A stretch of 64,000 bases of DNA, from the NCBI GenBank assembly GCA_964016885.1, contig OZ024742.1, positions 109,430,001-109,494,000 on the forward strand, in the 5' to 3' direction. This DNA is from Eledone cirrhosa (taxonomy: Eukaryota). Shown one piece after another: positions 59,890 through 64,000 of the stretch (the stretch's first letter is position 1; every line of letters starts with the position of its first letter). The notes under the pieces are model-generated. The model was not told the DNA's origin, made no database searches, and worked only from the letters and a program-made list of their open reading frames with translations. Position numbers and translations under genes: made by a program.

Positions 59890-61170
59890 CTACGACAAAA
59901 ATATATATAAATAGACGTAACGTCTACAAAATATATATGAATAGACGTAACGTCTACAAAATAAATATATATAGACGTAACGTCTACCAAATATATATAA
60001 TATATATAAATAGACGTAACGTCTACCAATATATATATAAATAGACGTAACGTCTACCAAATATATATAAATAGACGTAACGTCTACCAATATATATATA
60101 AATTGAGGTAACGTCAACCAAATATATATATATATAGACGTAATGTCTACCAAAATATATATAAATAGACGGAACGTCTACCAATATGTATATATAGACG
60201 TAACGTCTACAAAATATATAAAAATTAGCTTCTACCAAAATATATAAAAATAGACGTAACGTCTACCAAATGTATATAAATAGACATAACGTCTACCAAA
60301 TATATATAAATAGACGTAACGTCTACCAAATATATATAAATAGACGTAACGTCTACCAAATATATACATATAGACGCAACGTCTACCAAATATATATAAA
60401 TAGACGTAACGTCTACCAAATATATATATATAGACGCAACGTCTACCAACATATATATAAATAGACGTAACGTCTACCAAATATATATAGATAGACGTAA
60501 CGTCTACCAAATATATATAAATAGACGTAACGCCAAACAAATATATATAAATAGACGTGACGTCTACGAATATATATAAATAGACGTAACGCCAAACAAA
60601 TATATATATATATAGACGTTACGTCTACAAAATATATGAAAATAGACGTTACGTCTACCAAATATATATATATAGACGCAACGTCTACCAAATATGTATA
60701 GATAGACGTAACGTCTACCAAATATATATAAATAGACGTAACGTCTACCAAATATATTTAAATAGACGTAAGGCCAAACAAATATATATAAATAGACGCA
60801 ACGCACGAATATATATAAATAGACGTAACGTCTACCAACATATATATAAATAGACGTAACGTCTACCAAATATATATAAATAGACGTAACGTCTACCAAA
60901 TATATATAAATAGACGTAACGTCTACCAAATATATATAAATAGACGTAACGTCTACCAAATATATATAAATAACGCCAAACAAATATATATAAATAGACG
61001 TGACGTCTGCGAATATATATAAATAGACGTAACGCCAAACAAATATATATATATATAGACGTTACGTCTACAAAATATATGAAAATAGACGTTACGTCTA
61101 CAAAATATATGAAAATAGACGTAACGTCTACCAAATATATATGAATAGACGTAAATTCTACCAAATATAT
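59890..61170. repeat. ~30-bp minisatellite AATATATATAAATAGACGTAACGTCTACCA (about 42 units)
   Basis: Direct reading; each unit holds the palindrome TAGACGT-A-ACGTCTA. Confidence 0.97.
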
Positions 61171-61400
61171 ATTGAAATAATTTCAACCAGAAATGTAGGA
61201 CGTGTGTGGTTTAACTCTTCCTCGAGCGGTCAGAATCTAGTGATTGAGGTCGAATATAGGTGTATGGTGTATGCTTGAGTGCGTGGTTGGCTTCAATATT
61301 AATCTGGGTGTATTTAGTTCAAGTTAAAGACCATTGACGTAACTTCTCTGAGAAAAATATATACATTAGCGTAATTTCTACCAAATATATATATATATAT

Positions 61401-61588
61401 ATAGGAAAATGTTTAACCCCGACGGCAGAGCTCAAGCCGTTTCGACGGCTATTTCCAGAAATAGCCGTCGAGACGGCTTGAGCTCTGCCGTCGGGGTTAA
61501 ACATTTTCCTATTACCCACTCTACTATCCTAAGTATTGAGTACTCTGGTACGTTATGGTCCATCTGGTTCCTTACCACACTTCCTTCG

Positions 61589-61590
<2 letters not shown>
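61401..61590 (-). mobile_element. Family B fold-back element
   Basis: Palindrome 61401-61512; remainder is the reverse complement of 521-600. Confidence 0.8.
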
Positions 61591-61658
<68 letters not shown>

Positions 61659-61695
61659 AAAAAGAAATTAAAAGATGGTTAAAAAAAGTTCCATG

Positions 61696-61763
61696 TATTT
61701 TATTATTATTTCAAAAACAAATATCATCGTGGGACGATATTTGCGTTCTCATCAGATAAAATA
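61696..61763 (-). ncRNA. Hammerhead-like motif with a long stem II
   Basis: Reverse strand TATTTTAT-CTGATGA-gaacGCAAATATC..GATATTTGTtttt-GAAA-TAA-TA-ATAAAATA; flank shared with 47218-47260. Confidence 0.6.
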
Positions 61764-61854
61764 GGGAGATATGATATGATGCCTAAAAAAAACACTTGTG
61801 AACAAGGTAGTGTCTAGTCATTATAGATATATATGTGTATATATATATATATAT

Positions 61855-63334
61855 ATATTGTTATATTTGGGGAGGGTCATATTAGCGTAATATTTCCAGA
61901 ATTAATAACAGAACACACTCACTGTTTGGTTGGTTTTCGCTTCTCGCTGTCTTTTATATATATATATCTGCGATCTAACTTACTCGGTCCTCAATGTTGC
62001 CATTGACTGACCGGCGGTCAAAAATAATACAGATACAATATAGACAAACACATATATATATAGTTTACATAAATCTTTCGTTGCACATCTGCAACATCGT
62101 CAGTGGTGTTATATTCATTGTTCCTCCTGTTGTGTTGTATGTCTACGCCATTTTTTTTTTTGTTCAGTCTGTCTATATATTTATTTATTTATTTGCTTGT
62201 TTGTTTATCTTATTTTATTTTGTCTTCTTTGCGCATGCGTTTGCGTGTGTGTATAGTGTTATGTGTGATGTGTGACTAGTGTGTATAGTGTTGTGTCTGC
62301 TGGGTGACTAGTGTGTGTTTATGTGCTTGTGTATGTATTTATTTATCTTATTTTATTTAATTTAATTTACTTATTTATTTATACTTCTCTTAGGTCAGTG
62401 TTGTTTGTTTGGGTGTTGTTGTTGTTCCACTCATTCTTTCTGTTTAGCTTTGGTCTTCTAATTTCTATTTCACTGGCCTCTCTGATTTGCCTATCTGCTG
62501 GGTCATTCCTATGTTTAGATATTATTCTAATTTCTATGTTGTCTATGTTACCGTCATGATGTTGTCTAGCATGTTCATATAGACAACATCATGACGGTAA
62601 CATAGACAACATAGAAATTAGAATAATATCTAAACATAGGAATGACCCAGCAGATAGGCAAATCAGAGAGGCCAGTGAAATAGAAATTAGAAGACCAAAG
62701 CTAAACAGAAAGAATGAGTGGAACAACAACAACACCCAAACAAACAACACTGACCTAAGAGAAGTATAAATAAATAAGTAAATTAAATTAAATAAAATAA
62801 GATAAATAAATACATACACAAGCACATAAACACACACTAGTCACCCAGCAGACACAACACTATACACACTAGTCACACATCACACATAACACTATACACA
62901 CACGCAAACGCATGCGCAAAGAAGACAAAATAAAATAAGATAAACAAACAAGCAAATAAATAAATAAATATATAGACAGACTGAACAAAAAAAAAAAATG
63001 GCGTAGACATACAACACAACAGGAGGAACAATGAATATAACACCACTGACGATGTTGCAGATGTGCAACGAAAGATTTATGTAAACTATATATATATGTG
63101 TTTGTCTATATTGTATCTGTATTATTTTTGACCGCCGGTCAGTCAATGGCAACATTGAGGACCGAGTAAGTTAGATCGCAGATATATATATATAAAAGAC
63201 AGCGAGAAGCGAAAACCAACCAAACAGTGAGTGTGTTCTGTTATTAATTCTGGCAATATTACGCTAATATGACCCTCCCCAAATATAACAATATCTGTTT
63301 CGACACACGATTTCATATAAAAAACCTCGCAAAA

Positions 63335-63338
<4 letters not shown>
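61855..63338. mobile_element. PLE family A 3' end duplicated as a ~714-bp-arm palindrome
   Basis: Arms 61855-62568 / 62580-63294 with an 11-nt loop; encodes YEHARQHHDGNIDNIEIRIISKHRNDPADRQIREASEIEIRRPKLNRKNEW (62379-62579 on - and 62581-62769 on +); (TA)n flanks. Confidence 0.88.
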
Positions 63339-63368
<30 letters not shown>

Positions 63369-64000
63369 CGTAACTGAAAGTTTCTACGCGAACTCTAAAA
63401 ATAAACGTGATCTGCCAGAAATGTGTAAATAAACTTCTTTCCTGGCAATCGTAAGATTCTACCAAAAGTTCATGAGTAAACGCAACCACTGCCGAACATA
63501 AGTAAATACATATATATATAATTAACATTCTACAAAAAAAAGAATAGGTAAATAATTGTAACTTGTACCGAAAACAAAGATAAGATCATATCTTTTACCG
63601 AAATATATATATAAATATACGTACGTAGCTTGTACCGAAACTATGTACCTACTTAACTTATACTGAAAATAAATATACATATATGTATGTACACTAAAAC
63701 ACACAACTTAAAATATAAACCAATATCACCGTTATCAAAATACCTTCATCGATATAGTCACACGAAAACAACAATAACGCTACAAAAGGCGTACACACGC
63801 AAAATACACATAAACAGACTCACATTCACACGCACACACACACAAACGCACACACAGACACATATATCTATATATATATATATAAGTATGTATACGTACA
63901 TACATATATGTGTACAGACACACAGTAGTATGTATATATATACATACATGCACACATATATATAGTACGTATGGGTTTACCGAACATTTATTATAATGTT

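Noticed and set aside
59890-61170. CRISPR-like array of 30-bp palindromic repeats
   Set aside because: No unique spacers (linkers are TA repeats), no cas genes, eukaryotic repeat context
62311-62837. Identical 82-aa hydrophobic ORFs on opposite strands
   Set aside because: Antisense by-product of the palindrome; the meaningful frame is the GIY-YIG remnant

Overview
Repeat-dense, AT-rich eukaryotic DNA with no recognisable host gene. The SINE types and (TA)n/(TACA)n load suggest an octopus or other coleoid cephalopod (inference). Most listed ORFs are microsatellite artefacts. Supported content: (i) a near full-length R4/Dong-like RLE non-LTR retrotransposon (8479-12565) plus three truncated copies, all ending in ...AAACCAGAAGAA followed by (CATA)n; (ii) Tx1/L1-type and RTE LINE remnants, including short bipartite RTE derivatives whose 5' module has twister-like motifs; (iii) two tRNA-derived SINE families; (iv) a ~520-bp tandem array with an internal head-to-head inversion and a 30-bp palindrome-containing minisatellite. 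The most striking pattern is about ten minimal hammerhead-ribozyme-like motifs of several families, GIY-YIG endonuclease C-terminal remnants of Penelope-like elements (PLEs), and about a dozen fold-back palindromes or inverted repeats, mostly next to (TA)n tracts. Together these suggest a PLE/retrozyme landscape that generates inverted duplications. All family assignments are by eye and need database and structure confirmation.
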